A stretch of 59,391 nt of DNA, taken from contig JAYODI010000007.1 of the NCBI GenBank assembly GCA_038279365.1, positions 74,726-134,116 on the forward strand, given 5' to 3'. The notes under the pieces are model-generated. The model had not been told where the DNA came from and made no database searches. It saw only the letters and a program-made list of their open reading frames with translations. A program made the position numbers and the translations under genes. Every line of letters starts with the position of its first letter. Within the stretch, counting starts at the first letter, position 1. Source of the stretch: Candidatus Latescibacterota bacterium. Its GTDB lineage: Bacteria > Latescibacterota > UBA2968. Below are positions 30,798 to 39,912 of the stretch, in pieces.

Positions 30798-32225
30798 TTA
30801 TTTGGGCAACTTAAAACCCACATCAAATGTGCGATAGGATGTGCGATACTCACGCCGAATCCGCAACCATACTTCATCGCCTTCCGTCAAAGCCACCAGT
30901 GCTTCTATATAATCATCCATACCTTGTATCGCCTGGTCATTTATCTGCACGATGATGTCTCCTCGTCGCAAACCATAACTGCCCCGATATTGTGTCGCTC
31001 GCCCTTGTTTGACGTCTGTGATCACCACACCAGACGAAATGCTATACCCTGCTCTGCGAGCCAATTCGGGAGTGAGTTCTTGCACTTCAAGCCCCAATGC
31101 GCTTTCACGGCGCGAAACCAAATCGGCGCGCACCATTTGGTCATCTAAACCACTCAATTTCACACGCAATGTTTGCTTCTTACCCTTGCGCATAATTTCT
31201 AAATGCACTTCCGTACCAGGTGAATTTTGTGCAATGCGCGTACGAAATTCTTCAGCCCCCATCACCGCACGGTCATTAACCGATACCACCACATCGCCAC
31301 GTTGCAATCCCGCACGTTCGGCAATGCCTTGGGCGGCCACATCTTGAATCAACGCACCTTGTTTGCTCTTAATGCCCAAAGCTTGCGCAATACCAGGCGT
31401 CACATCCTGAACGGCCACATCCAAGTAACCACGCACCACCTTGCCGTGTGCAATAATTTGATCCATAATATTGCGCACCATATTGATAGGCACAGCAAAA
31501 CCAACCCCCTGATTGCCACCACTGCGCGACAAAATAGCCGTATTAATACCCATCAATTCACCGCGCATATTTACCATTGCCCCACCACTGTTGCCTGGGT
31601 TAATGGCCGCATCGGTTTGAATAAAATCTTCGTAATCAAGTAACTGCAAATTTCCACGCCCAATGGCACTCACGATACCCGATGTCACTGTATGTCGCAA
31701 CCCAAATGGATTGCCTATGGCCAATATCCAGGCCCCTACTTTCAGCCCATCAGAATCGCCCATTTTGACAACAGGTAAATTCTCTCCCGCAATTTTTAAC
31801 ACGGCCACATCACTTTGTGGATCCGTGCCCAAAAGCTTGGCCTCAAAAGAACGACCATCTGACAACTCCACCACAATTTCATCGGCACCCGCAATGACAT
31901 GATTGTTGGTCAGCACATACCCTTCATTTGATACAATAACGCCCGACCCCAAGCCTTGCTCTTGTTTTTGCTCACGCCGATATAAAGGGGTGCCAAAAAA
32001 ATGTTCGAATAAGGGGTCATTAAAACGCCCTCGCACCAAAACTTGCTCCGTTTTTTTATTAACCACGGCCACCACACCCGGCGTGACCTCTGCCGCAATA
32101 ACGGAAAAAGCTTCACTAAACTTTTCCAATTGCCCAATTGTCGCTTCCACTTCAGGTGTTATCTTGGCATCAAGGGTTCCACACAAAAACAAACAGCCTA
32201 AAAAAATGGCTTTCACACGTATCAT
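30798..32225 (-). CDS. Do-family (DegP/DegQ) serine endopeptidase with two PDZ domains
   Basis: GSGVI, TNNHV, SDVAVL, IQTDAAINPGNSGG; start moved to the ATG after GGAGG. Confidence 0.93.
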   Translation of the reverse strand: MIRVKAIFLGCLFLCGTLDAKITPEVEATIGQLEKFSEAFSVIAAEVTPGVVAVVNKKTEQVLVRGRFNDPLFEHFFGTPLYRREQKQEQGLGSGVIVSNEGYVLTNNHVIAGADEIVVELSDGRSFEAKLLGTDPQSDVAVLKIAGENLPVVKMGDSDGLKVGAWILAIGNPFGLRHTVTSGIVSAIGRGNLQLLDYEDFIQTDAAINPGNSGGAMVNMRGELMGINTAILSRSGGNQGVGFAVPINMVRNIMDQIIAHGKVVRGYLDVAVQDVTPGIAQALGIKSKQGALIQDVAAQGIAERAGLQRGDVVVSVNDRAVMGAEEFRTRIAQNSPGTEVHLEIMRKGKKQTLRVKLSGLDDQMVRADLVSRRESALGLEVQELTPELARRAGYSISSGVVITDVKQGRATQYRGSYGLRRGDIIVQINDQAIQGMDDYIEALVALTEGDEVWLRIRREYRTSYRTFDVGFKLPK

Positions 32226-32244
32226 AACCGCCTCCATTGCCCCG

Positions 32245-33159
32245 TCAAATTTTATTGCCCTTTTGAAACAACTCTTTGCGCGCACTTTCAACCACCGCAG
32301 CAATGGCTGGATGTTTTAAGCGCCGTTCAACAGAAATGGCATAAAATCGCTCTGTCAAACCAACAGCATGCCCAATATGCACCACACCATATTGGGATTC
32401 TACTTCGCGTCGTATGGCATCTGGTGCAGCAAAAACCCCTCGCCCAGATTGACCAAATACTTTCATCAGAGCACTGTCTTCAAACTCACTCACCACATGA
32501 GGCAAAATGCCATTGACCGCAAACCATTGATCCAAAGAACGACGCAACAGCGTATTGTCTGTGGGCAATAAAAACGGCATGCCTTGTAAACTTTGTGGAT
32601 ACGGGCCCGACAAAGAACGCGCCAAATTGGGGGTTGCATAAAAAGAGACGCCGCACTCTCCCAATTGATGGTTATAAGCCTTGACACGAACAGTTGGATC
32701 TATGGGCGCATCCGTCAAAACAAGATCAATAGCATGAACGGACAAATCGGCCAACAACCGATCTGCTTTGCCCTCTTGGCAAACTATTTGAACAGGTTCA
32801 GGCAAATTATATGCCCGCTCCAAAATGCGATATGCAATCAACTTAGGCATCACATCGGTAACACCCACCATCAGCCGAAAAGGGCGGTTACTCGGTTGTC
32901 TGCTAAGTGTATCGGTCAACTCTTTGCCGATGGTAAAAATTTCATCAGCATATCGAAAAACGGTGCGCCCCACATCGGTTAACACCAAATTGCGCCCAGA
33001 CCGTGCAAACAATTTCTCATTCATCGATTTTTCGAGTGCACGAATTTGACCACTGATTGTGGGTTGTGCCAAATGTAGTTTTTCACAAGCTTTCACCACA
33101 CTGCCTTCTCGTGCCACATTCCAAAAATAAAACAAATGATGGTAATTTAGCCAATCCAT
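32245..33159 (-). CDS. nhaR: LysR-type transcriptional activator NhaR
   Basis: WLNYHHLFYFW..AREGSV, YADEIF, PKLIAY, EFEDSALMKVFG, ERRLKHPA; divergent from nhaA. Confidence 0.92.
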   Translation of the reverse strand: MDWLNYHHLFYFWNVAREGSVVKACEKLHLAQPTISGQIRALEKSMNEKLFARSGRNLVLTDVGRTVFRYADEIFTIGKELTDTLSRQPSNRPFRLMVGVTDVMPKLIAYRILERAYNLPEPVQIVCQEGKADRLLADLSVHAIDLVLTDAPIDPTVRVKAYNHQLGECGVSFYATPNLARSLSGPYPQSLQGMPFLLPTDNTLLRRSLDQWFAVNGILPHVVSEFEDSALMKVFGQSGRGVFAAPDAIRREVESQYGVVHIGHAVGLTERFYAISVERRLKHPAIAAVVESARKELFQKGNKI

Positions 33160-33241
33160 TTTGTTCCCTTCCTGATGTTAGCCCCATTTCAATACGTTTT
33201 CAAAATATACCAGAAACAACAAACACACGACAAGTCTAAAT

Positions 33242-33306
33242 ATCGTTTTTTTAAATGTTTTAAATTTTAATATCGATTTTTCAATCACATACAAATTGGG
33301 TACAAT
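33242..33306 (+). promoter_or_regulatory. Putative NhaR operator and promoter of nhaA
   Basis: ATCG-T7-AAAT at 33242; second box ATCGATTTTT at 33272; -10 TACAAT at 33301; lies in the nhaR/nhaA divergent gap. Confidence 0.7.
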
Positions 33307-33347
33307 ATGCTATGTCAACCTTAAACGCCTTACTTCCTGGAGGAAAA

Positions 33348-34583
33348 ATGGCAAAAAGAATGATTCAATTTATTATGAACAACTCGCTGTTGCTCCTTAT
33401 TGGTGCAACAGCAGGGTTGATCTGGGCAAACCTATCTCCCACCAGTTATTACGACCTGCAACACTTCAAGCTTCTTTATAATGGCCTCATCTGCTACAGC
33501 CTGGAAGGAGGAGGTCGTGTCATTGACCTTCACTATTTGGTCAATGATATGCTAATGGCACTCTTTTTTGCAATGGCCGGCAAAGAAGTTTGGGAAGCCT
33601 GTTTGCCTGGAGGTGCACTCAACAATTTGCGCAGTGCTGCCACACCCCTTTTTGCGGCTATAGGTGGCATGCTTGGCCCTGCGCTCATTTACCTTTTGGG
33701 TGCATTTATGATCGGCCAATACACATCCCTTGCAAGTGGATGGGCCATTCCTTGTGCCACAGATATTGCATTTAGTTATCTCATTGCCCGACTGGTCTTT
33801 GGTGCTGGGCATCCGGCCATTCCATTTTTGTTGCTCTTGGCCATCGCCGACGATGCAATGGGGCTGATCATTCTGGCCGTCTTTTATCCACAGGGTGACC
33901 TATTGCCTCTTTGGTTGTTACTGGCTGTCGTTGGCGTGGGGTTGGGGCTCGTTATGCGCCGTTTGGGTGTGATCCATTTTGGTTGGTATTTGCTCATTCC
34001 CGGTACCGTCTCTTGGATTGGCTTTGCCCTTGCAGGGCTTCACCCAGCACTGGGTCTTTTGCCCATCGTTCCAACAATGCCACATTCTCATTCAGACAAA
34101 CACATCTTTGATTGGACGGCTTTAAACTTACCAGACACCTTGAACCATTTTGAACACTCATTGAAACGTCCTGTTGACGTGGTCTTGGGCATGTTTGGCT
34201 TGCTCAATGCAGGTGTCATCGTCAGTGCTGCTGGTGCCCCAACACTTTTGGTTTTGGCAGGCTTGCTCATAGGCAAACCCCTCGGCATTTGGGTAGCAAG
34301 CATGTTTGCAGCCAAAGTTTTGAAATTGGGTTTACCCAAGGGCATTTTGAGCAAAGACATCTTTGTAGTGGGTTGTGCAGCAAGCATAGGATTTACAGTG
34401 GCACTTTTTGTCGCAACCGTAGCCTTTGACCCTGGTAGCACACAAGATGCCGCCAAAATGGGAGCATTGGCCTCTTTTGTGGGCGCCATTTTAACACTAA
34501 TTGCTGCTCGCCTGCTCAAAATCCAGAAAGTAATGTCCGACGAACAAACACCAGCACACAAAGGTTTACACGAAGCTGCTTAA
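33348..34583 (+). CDS. nhaA: Na+/H+ antiporter NhaA family
   Basis: VNDMLMALFF, GWAIPCATDIAF, LAIADD, GKPLGI, IGFTVALF; SD GGAGGA. Confidence 0.92.
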   Translation: MAKRMIQFIMNNSLLLLIGATAGLIWANLSPTSYYDLQHFKLLYNGLICYSLEGGGRVIDLHYLVNDMLMALFFAMAGKEVWEACLPGGALNNLRSAATPLFAAIGGMLGPALIYLLGAFMIGQYTSLASGWAIPCATDIAFSYLIARLVFGAGHPAIPFLLLLAIADDAMGLIILAVFYPQGDLLPLWLLLAVVGVGLGLVMRRLGVIHFGWYLLIPGTVSWIGFALAGLHPALGLLPIVPTMPHSHSDKHIFDWTALNLPDTLNHFEHSLKRPVDVVLGMFGLLNAGVIVSAAGAPTLLVLAGLLIGKPLGIWVASMFAAKVLKLGLPKGILSKDIFVVGCAASIGFTVALFVATVAFDPGSTQDAAKMGALASFVGAILTLIAARLLKIQKVMSDEQTPAHKGLHEAA

Positions 34584-34591
34584 GCTGGTTT

Positions 34592-34728
34592 GGCACAACA
34601 TCAAAGGACTGCTCATAGCCCTTAACGGGCAACCGGTCTGCGCTCGGTTTGTCTGATCATTTCCACAATCCCTCCAGGAAAGAGATGGTCAGCAACCGAG
34701 CGCAATAGGAAACCTGAGTGATCGTGCT
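34592..34728 (+). ncRNA. Candidate structured RNA in the nhaA 3' region
   Basis: Long stem TGCGCTCGGTT/AACCGAGCGCA with inner stems and loop ACAATCCCTCCA; flanking short helices; no family recognised. Confidence 0.35.
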
Positions 34729-34734
34729 CAATAA

Positions 34735-34768
34735 AAAAGGGCTGAACGCAATTGCGTTCAGCCCTTTT
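34735..34768. terminator. Bidirectional intrinsic terminator
   Basis: Perfect palindrome AAAAGGGCTGAACGC-AATT-GCGTTCAGCCCTTTT. Confidence 0.85.
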
Positions 34769-34786
34769 CACTTTTTTAAGTGTTTA

Positions 34787-35161
34787 TTACACAGCCACCA
34801 CCGATTCATCATGTTCCATCATGCCAAACATGTTGCCATCTGTGTCTTGGAAATAAGCCAAATAACCGATTGTTGGAATGGCCATTTTGGGTACACAAAT
34901 TGTGCCTCCTGCATCGGTTACTTTTTGAATAAAGTCATCAACCGACGACACATCGATGATATTCACAACACCCTGCTCAGGTTGTTGGCGCTTCATCAGC
35001 CCCCCATTAATACCAGGCGTATCTTCTGCACCCGTTTCGATCAACCAATAATCCATTGGCCCATCCCATTTATTGAACTTCCAACCAAATACTTTTTCGT
35101 AAAACCCAACTGTTTTTTCGGGATTGTCCGATGGAATTTCAAAATGTAAAATGCGTGACAT
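34787..35161 (-). CDS. VOC/glyoxalase family protein
   Basis: ILHFEIP, FYEKVFGW, GINGG, FQDTDGN. Confidence 0.9.
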   Translation of the reverse strand: MSRILHFEIPSDNPEKTVGFYEKVFGWKFNKWDGPMDYWLIETGAEDTPGINGGLMKRQQPEQGVVNIIDVSSVDDFIQKVTDAGGTICVPKMAIPTIGYLAYFQDTDGNMFGMMEHDESVVAV

Positions 35162-35280
35162 ATGTGTTACCCCCATAAAAAAGTATAAAAAACGTGATGA
35201 TATTCGCTCTCCCAAAGATCTTCACCTACGTTTAATTACGCTTTTCTTTCTCTTTACCCCATAACAGATAAACAAATCAT

Positions 35281-35994
35281 CTATGGTGCGACTTCCTCGC
35301 CAAAACCCAACACATAACCGTTACAATCTTCAATTTCAAACACGCGCCCCGTATCGGTGTCTTCGGGGTCTCGCAACACAATGGTATTGTCTTTTACGCT
35401 GTTAAAAACAGAGTTTAATTGACCGCTATCTACGCGAAAAAACACGTCCCATTCAAAAGGCCTTCCGCGTTCTTTTTGAATCACATCGGCATTTTGAAAA
35501 AACAAGGTTATCGTGTCGCGTTGCAACATGGCAAAATCATCACCACGCGGTTCGCCCTTAAAACCCAGCACATTGCGATACCACGCAACGGTTTCAAAAA
35601 CATCTTCAACAGCCAACACAGGATGAATGTCATACATGGCCACGCGACTGCCACGCTGGCGATTCCATTCACCAAATGTGAGCACAAACCCATTCTCGTC
35701 GTGTACTTCCACCTCGCGATCCCCTAATACGGTGTTTTCAGGACCACGGCGAACCCGTGCACGATCTCGAATTTGGTCATAAAACGTATCAATACCCGTT
35801 AACCGAACATATGTATCCCAAGGGTTGTTGCTTTGTTTGGGGCGACCTTCTTGTAAAAGCACCTCCACACGGTCTCGTTTCACACGTGTAAAAATGCCGT
35901 CTGTTTGGTCCTCAAAACCCAAAACATCGCGATACCACTGCGTTGCACGACTTAAATCCCTCACCTTATAAACGGGCACAGCGGATGAAAACAT
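35281..35994 (-). CDS. Tandem two-domain VOC/bleomycin-resistance-like protein
   Basis: Two copies of WYR.VLGF ... D.NG.VL.FGE. Confidence 0.8.
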   Translation of the reverse strand: MFSSAVPVYKVRDLSRATQWYRDVLGFEDQTDGIFTRVKRDRVEVLLQEGRPKQSNNPWDTYVRLTGIDTFYDQIRDRARVRRGPENTVLGDREVEVHDENGFVLTFGEWNRQRGSRVAMYDIHPVLAVEDVFETVAWYRNVLGFKGEPRGDDFAMLQRDTITLFFQNADVIQKERGRPFEWDVFFRVDSGQLNSVFNSVKDNTIVLRDPEDTDTGRVFEIEDCNGYVLGFGEEVAP

Positions 35995-36065
35995 GGCTCT
36001 ACTCCTCTAAAACTACAGGGGAAATCGGGGGAATTTCCAGCAGCAAAATTACTGCACACCCGTAT

Positions 36066-36098
36066 ATATAGTAACCATTTGAGCACCAGTCAAGGGTG
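36066..36098 (-). promoter_or_regulatory. Sigma-70-type promoter, copy 1 of a shared 33-bp motif
   Basis: TTGACT-17 nt-TATATA with an AT-rich upstream tract. Confidence 0.6.
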
Positions 36099-36440
36099 TA
36101 AAAATAAAAAAATGATGATCACAAATCTTTTTTTATTTTCCAAAAATTATCCTTACAAAAACAAATATTTATATTTTGCATTGTAAATATATAAAATTAT
36201 GTAAATAAATAATTTATACACAAATCAAAACATTCTTTCACAAGAAAAAATGTTTTGTGCATACTGCCCTTGTAAGCCATACCAAAACATGCTTCGCGGA
36301 TCATTTCCATCACAATACGCGCTCAAACCGTTCTTTTAAGGCATAATTTTGCAACACAACACCTCAATCCATACCGAAACATATTGCATAAAACCAGAGA
36401 ATATGGCATAAATACATCCCAACAACAAAGGAGAAACCCA

Positions 36441-37487
36441 ATGCCACTGACATCTCAATTCTTCGGCACCACACATGATGGCCAAGAGATCACACAATAT
36501 ACCCTCACCAACGCCAATGGTTGTGAAGTACAACTCATCAACTACGGTGCCATTATCACCGCTCTGACCGTTCCTGACCGCAATGGAAACGTCGCCGATG
36601 TTGTTTTAGGACACAGCACGCTCAGTGACTATGAAAGTGCCTCCCCTTATTTTGGGGCCATCGTTGGTCGATATGGAAACCGCATTCAAAACGGTCAATT
36701 TGAGCTTCATGGGCGAACCTATATGCTTGCCACCAACAATGGCCCAAACCACCTCCACGGTGGTTTACAAGGCTTTGACAAAATGGTTTGGAAAGCCAAA
36801 GCTTCAGAATCTTCCCTCAGTGTTCACCTGACCCACATCAGCCCCAACGGACACGAAGGCTACCCAGGCACACTCAAAACACACGTCACCTATACCCTCA
36901 CCCACGACAACACACTCAAAATTCAATACCAAGCAACCACAGACCAACCCACAGTGGTCAACCTCACCAATCACAGCTACTTTAATCTTGCGGGTTCGGG
37001 TACGATAGTAGACCATACCATCGTCCTTCATGCAAACCATTTTACCCCCGTGGATAACACCCTCATTCCCACTGGAGAAATTCGCTCAGTCACCAACACA
37101 CCCATGGACTTTACAACCCCAACGCGAATAGGGGATCGCATTGACGCCAATGATGAGCAAATTCGTTACGGAGGAGGGTATGACCACAATTGGATTGTAA
37201 ACAACGCAGATCAATCACTGCGAGAAATAGCAACCGTTTACGACCCCAAGTCCGGTCGCACAATGACCGTATCTACCACAGAACCTGGCGTGCAATTTTA
37301 CACAGGCAACTTTCTCGACGGCTCCATCGTGGGCAAATACGATCAGGTTTATGGCAAACGATCGGGTTTCTGCCTCGAAACCCAACACTTTCCCAACTCG
37401 CCCAACCAACCCAACTTTCCAAGCACTGTGCTCAACCCCGGCGAAACCTATCAATCTCAAACCACATATCGATTCTCTGTCAAATAA
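36441..37487 (+). CDS. galM: Aldose 1-epimerase (galactose mutarotase)
   Basis: GRYGNRI, NHLHGG, NLTNHSYFNL, GYDHN, QFYTGN, CLETQHFP. Confidence 0.95.
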   Translation: MPLTSQFFGTTHDGQEITQYTLTNANGCEVQLINYGAIITALTVPDRNGNVADVVLGHSTLSDYESASPYFGAIVGRYGNRIQNGQFELHGRTYMLATNNGPNHLHGGLQGFDKMVWKAKASESSLSVHLTHISPNGHEGYPGTLKTHVTYTLTHDNTLKIQYQATTDQPTVVNLTNHSYFNLAGSGTIVDHTIVLHANHFTPVDNTLIPTGEIRSVTNTPMDFTTPTRIGDRIDANDEQIRYGGGYDHNWIVNNADQSLREIATVYDPKSGRTMTVSTTEPGVQFYTGNFLDGSIVGKYDQVYGKRSGFCLETQHFPNSPNQPNFPSTVLNPGETYQSQTTYRFSVK

Positions 37488-37488
37488 A

Positions 37489-37522
37489 AAAGGAACGCTG
37501 TTCACCTGAACAGCGTTCCTTT
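37489..37522. terminator. Bidirectional intrinsic terminator
   Basis: AAAGGAACGCTGTTCA/TGAACAGCGTTCCTTT. Confidence 0.8.
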
Positions 37523-37550
37523 GGTCTGTAACCAAAATGCTCAATCCCAT

Positions 37551-37916
37551 TTATCCAAACGTACCATCTTTGCGCTGGTGTAGCACCACATTGTTTCCGT
37601 CGGGATCTCGAATGATTGCAAAATGACACACAGGGGACTCACTTTTGCCCCACACCACCTCCACGTCTTTTTCTTTCAGTTCATCAACGGCAGAAGCCAC
37701 ATCATCTACAGCCAAACCGATAGAGGCTCCGCCCACCCGAGGTGCCCCCTCTTCGGGTCGATAAAGTGCAAGCGTGGTTGGTGTTGCGGTCAGCTCAACC
37801 CAATCTCCACCATATTGGCCTTCCACGGTCATACCCAAAATATCGCGATAAAACTTCAAACTGCGTTCCAAATCGGAAACGTGATACATCACAAAATCAG
37901 AACCACGCACCTGCAT
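37551..37916 (-). CDS. VOC/glyoxalase family protein
   Basis: VSDLERSLKFYRDILG, RDPDGN; SD GGGAGG before the ATG at 37916. Confidence 0.88.
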   Translation of the reverse strand: MQVRGSDFVMYHVSDLERSLKFYRDILGMTVEGQYGGDWVELTATPTTLALYRPEEGAPRVGGASIGLAVDDVASAVDELKEKDVEVVWGKSESPVCHFAIIRDPDGNNVVLHQRKDGTFG

Positions 37917-37929
37917 ATATGACCTCCCT

Positions 37930-38316
37930 TTAAATATTTGGCGTAACCCCGTGTACCCACGATAGCTTTTCATCTTCACACACATCTTTATTGGGTGGAA
38001 ATGCTTCAGAATCGTCCAAACTGCCCACAGTAACATCCACATCATTGGGGCGCTGTGCATTTTCATACGTCAGTGTCGTACCACAATGCCTGCAAAATGA
38101 CCACGTTGCTTGTGTCTCTGAATGATAGTGTGCCACCTCACCTTTCACAATCGAAAACTCAGTGGTCAAAAAAGTCACCCAAGCAACCGATTGTGCACCT
38201 GTTGCCCGACGACAATTGCCACAATGGCAAATGGTTTGAAAAGACGGTTTTCCCACAACACGATACCTCACAACACCGCACAAACACCCACCTTCCATTC
38301 CCTCAGTATTCGCCAT
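37930..38316 (-). CDS. GFA family protein
   Basis: GGCLCG.VRY, CHCGNCRR, FCRHCGT. Confidence 0.9.
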   Translation of the reverse strand: MANTEGMEGGCLCGVVRYRVVGKPSFQTICHCGNCRRATGAQSVAWVTFLTTEFSIVKGEVAHYHSETQATWSFCRHCGTTLTYENAQRPNDVDVTVGSLDDSEAFPPNKDVCEDEKLSWVHGVTPNI

Positions 38317-38339
38317 TTTATCCCTCACATCAAAACAGA

Positions 38340-38373
38340 AAAACGAGGGTTTATGCCTCAAGCACAAACCCTC
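38340..38373 (-). terminator. Intrinsic terminator of the small-ORF unit
   Basis: Minus strand GAGGGTTTGTGC-TTGAG-GCATAAACCCTC-GTTTTT. Confidence 0.7.
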
Positions 38374-38408
38374 ATTAAAAAGATCCATTTAACTTTCTAA
38401 ATATGCCT

Positions 38409-38519
38409 TCATACCCAATACCCCAAAAGGGGAATCCCCCCCCAACCATACATTTTACAGATATCTAATAAATCATCTTTAGCGCTTCGCTTTTGTATAA
38501 CCCCGTGGTCCATCGTCAT
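38409..38519 (-). CDS. Putative 36-aa small protein containing a G8 tract
   Basis: SD GGAGGA 7 nt before the ATG; MTMDHGVIQKRSAKDDLLDICKMYGWGGIPLLGYWV. Confidence 0.4.
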   Translation of the reverse strand: MTMDHGVIQKRSAKDDLLDICKMYGWGGIPLLGYWV

Positions 38520-38584
38520 TGCTTAGTCCTCCAAAATTAATGTTGTTTCCCCACGAGACAACGATCTAAAATTTTTAAATTCTC

Positions 38585-38857
38585 TTAAGCAGCCCACTTC
38601 CCTGACGCACGCAAATCTTTTAATGCCGTCATCCAAGTTGACTCATAAACAATTAATGCACCGCGCCAAACATCTACACTTTCTACGCCCCGAATCACCA
38701 ACCGCGCCGCACGATCCACCGTAGACTCCGCCGCCTTAATTTCTGGCAAATCGGCCACAGCCTTCATTGGAATACTGCCAAAAGCACCGCGCACCCGGTT
38801 AATGACCCCACTAATGTCTCGACTACACTGAGACAGCGTTAGCATACCCGAACCCAT
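38585..38857 (-). CDS. Hypothetical protein (90 aa)
   Basis: SD GGAGGTG before the ATG at 38857; helical ORF of no recognised family. Confidence 0.65.
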   Translation of the reverse strand: MGSGMLTLSQCSRDISGVINRVRGAFGSIPMKAVADLPEIKAAESTVDRAARLVIRGVESVDVWRGALIVYESTWMTALKDLRASGKWAA

Positions 38858-38971
38858 TTGAACACCTCCATTCAGGAAATAAGTCTTAAATACACCACAA
38901 AATGCGACCACATACACCTCCTAAAGTATTGTTTTAAAATGCTTTGAATCATCGCACCTCTTACGCCATGA

Positions 38972-39004
38972 ATATAGTGCACATCCGAGCAGTCGTCAAG
39001 GGTG
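38972..39004 (-). promoter_or_regulatory. Sigma-70-type promoter, copy 2 of the shared 33-bp motif
   Basis: TTGACG-17 nt-TATATT. Confidence 0.6.
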
Positions 39005-39021
39005 TTTTTTATAAAAATAAA

Positions 39022-39051
39022 AAAACGGTCATCCCTTAAGATGACCGTTTT
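39022..39051 (-). terminator. Intrinsic terminator
   Basis: AAAACGGTCATC/GATGACCGTTTT. Confidence 0.75.
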
Positions 39052-39080
39052 ACAAAACCGAAAAACACCCTTATTTCTCG

Positions 39081-39899
39081 TTATTTCTTTTTGGGGCCAC
39101 GATCATTAGAAAGCACCCAAACATCCTGAAAAAGTTTTTGGCGCGCCTCAGACAATCCACTTATAACCACAGGGTTCATGCAGGGCTTGGGCTCGTGAAA
39201 ACGAACACTTCGATGGTTATAAGCCATCAAAATGGCACACCGCGGATTATTTGGATTTGTCCACTGCGACCCCGTATGTCGCACCCCTTCCGAAAACACA
39301 ACAAGACTTCCTGGCGGACAACCATAGGTCTCCCAAACGCCTGAGTTGGGGTCATCGGCTTCCTCCGGCCACGTCTTCTCCTGTGCCGATGCCAAATTGG
39401 CCTTGTGTGACCCCGGTACCAAGCAAGTCCCCCCTTGCCCTTTGACCACCTCATTGAGCTCCCAAACAATACGCGTCATGCCACTGTAAATCCGCCCATT
39501 ATGACACCGATACGACAGCGAAGGATCGAGATTCACCCCCCCCACATGAGGGCGCCATTGATCTTGAACGGTGTCTACAGATCGCTCAGAAACAAACACG
39601 CTCTCCATCCGAATACGATCCCGATTGGGATCCAAAACCGTTTGCAAAATGCCCATCACCCGTGGGTGATCAAGCAAAAACTCTGCAGGCCCAGCAATGG
39701 GTGCTCGATGGTGTTCGGGTAAGCTTTCGACATTCTTTGAATAGGTCTTCACATGCGCACGAACCGTTTGAACCTCATCTTCGGTCAACACGCTTGGAAT
39801 CACAAGAAACCCCTTCAAATCAAACATAAATTTTTCATATTCAGACATTTCAATAACAGGCCCCGATTCTGTCTGAATAAGTGTATTTGAAATACCCAT
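39081..39899 (-). CDS. PhyH-family Fe(II)/2OG enzyme with an HxG motif
   Basis: FDLKGFLVI, WRPHVGG, GGTCLVPGSHK, GSLVVF..GVRHTG, R..ILM.Y. Confidence 0.85.
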   Translation of the reverse strand: MGISNTLIQTESGPVIEMSEYEKFMFDLKGFLVIPSVLTEDEVQTVRAHVKTYSKNVESLPEHHRAPIAGPAEFLLDHPRVMGILQTVLDPNRDRIRMESVFVSERSVDTVQDQWRPHVGGVNLDPSLSYRCHNGRIYSGMTRIVWELNEVVKGQGGTCLVPGSHKANLASAQEKTWPEEADDPNSGVWETYGCPPGSLVVFSEGVRHTGSQWTNPNNPRCAILMAYNHRSVRFHEPKPCMNPVVISGLSEARQKLFQDVWVLSNDRGPKKK

Positions 39900-39912
39900 T
39901 TATAAACCCCTT

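Noticed and set aside
33160-33347. nhaA-I/II (Li+) or Na+ riboswitch upstream of nhaA
   Set aside because: The predicted leader is only about 35 nt and AT-rich, with no evident structure.
36336-36354. Sigma-54 promoter GGCATAATTTTGC before galM
   Set aside because: GG-to-GC spacing is 9 nt, not the required 10.
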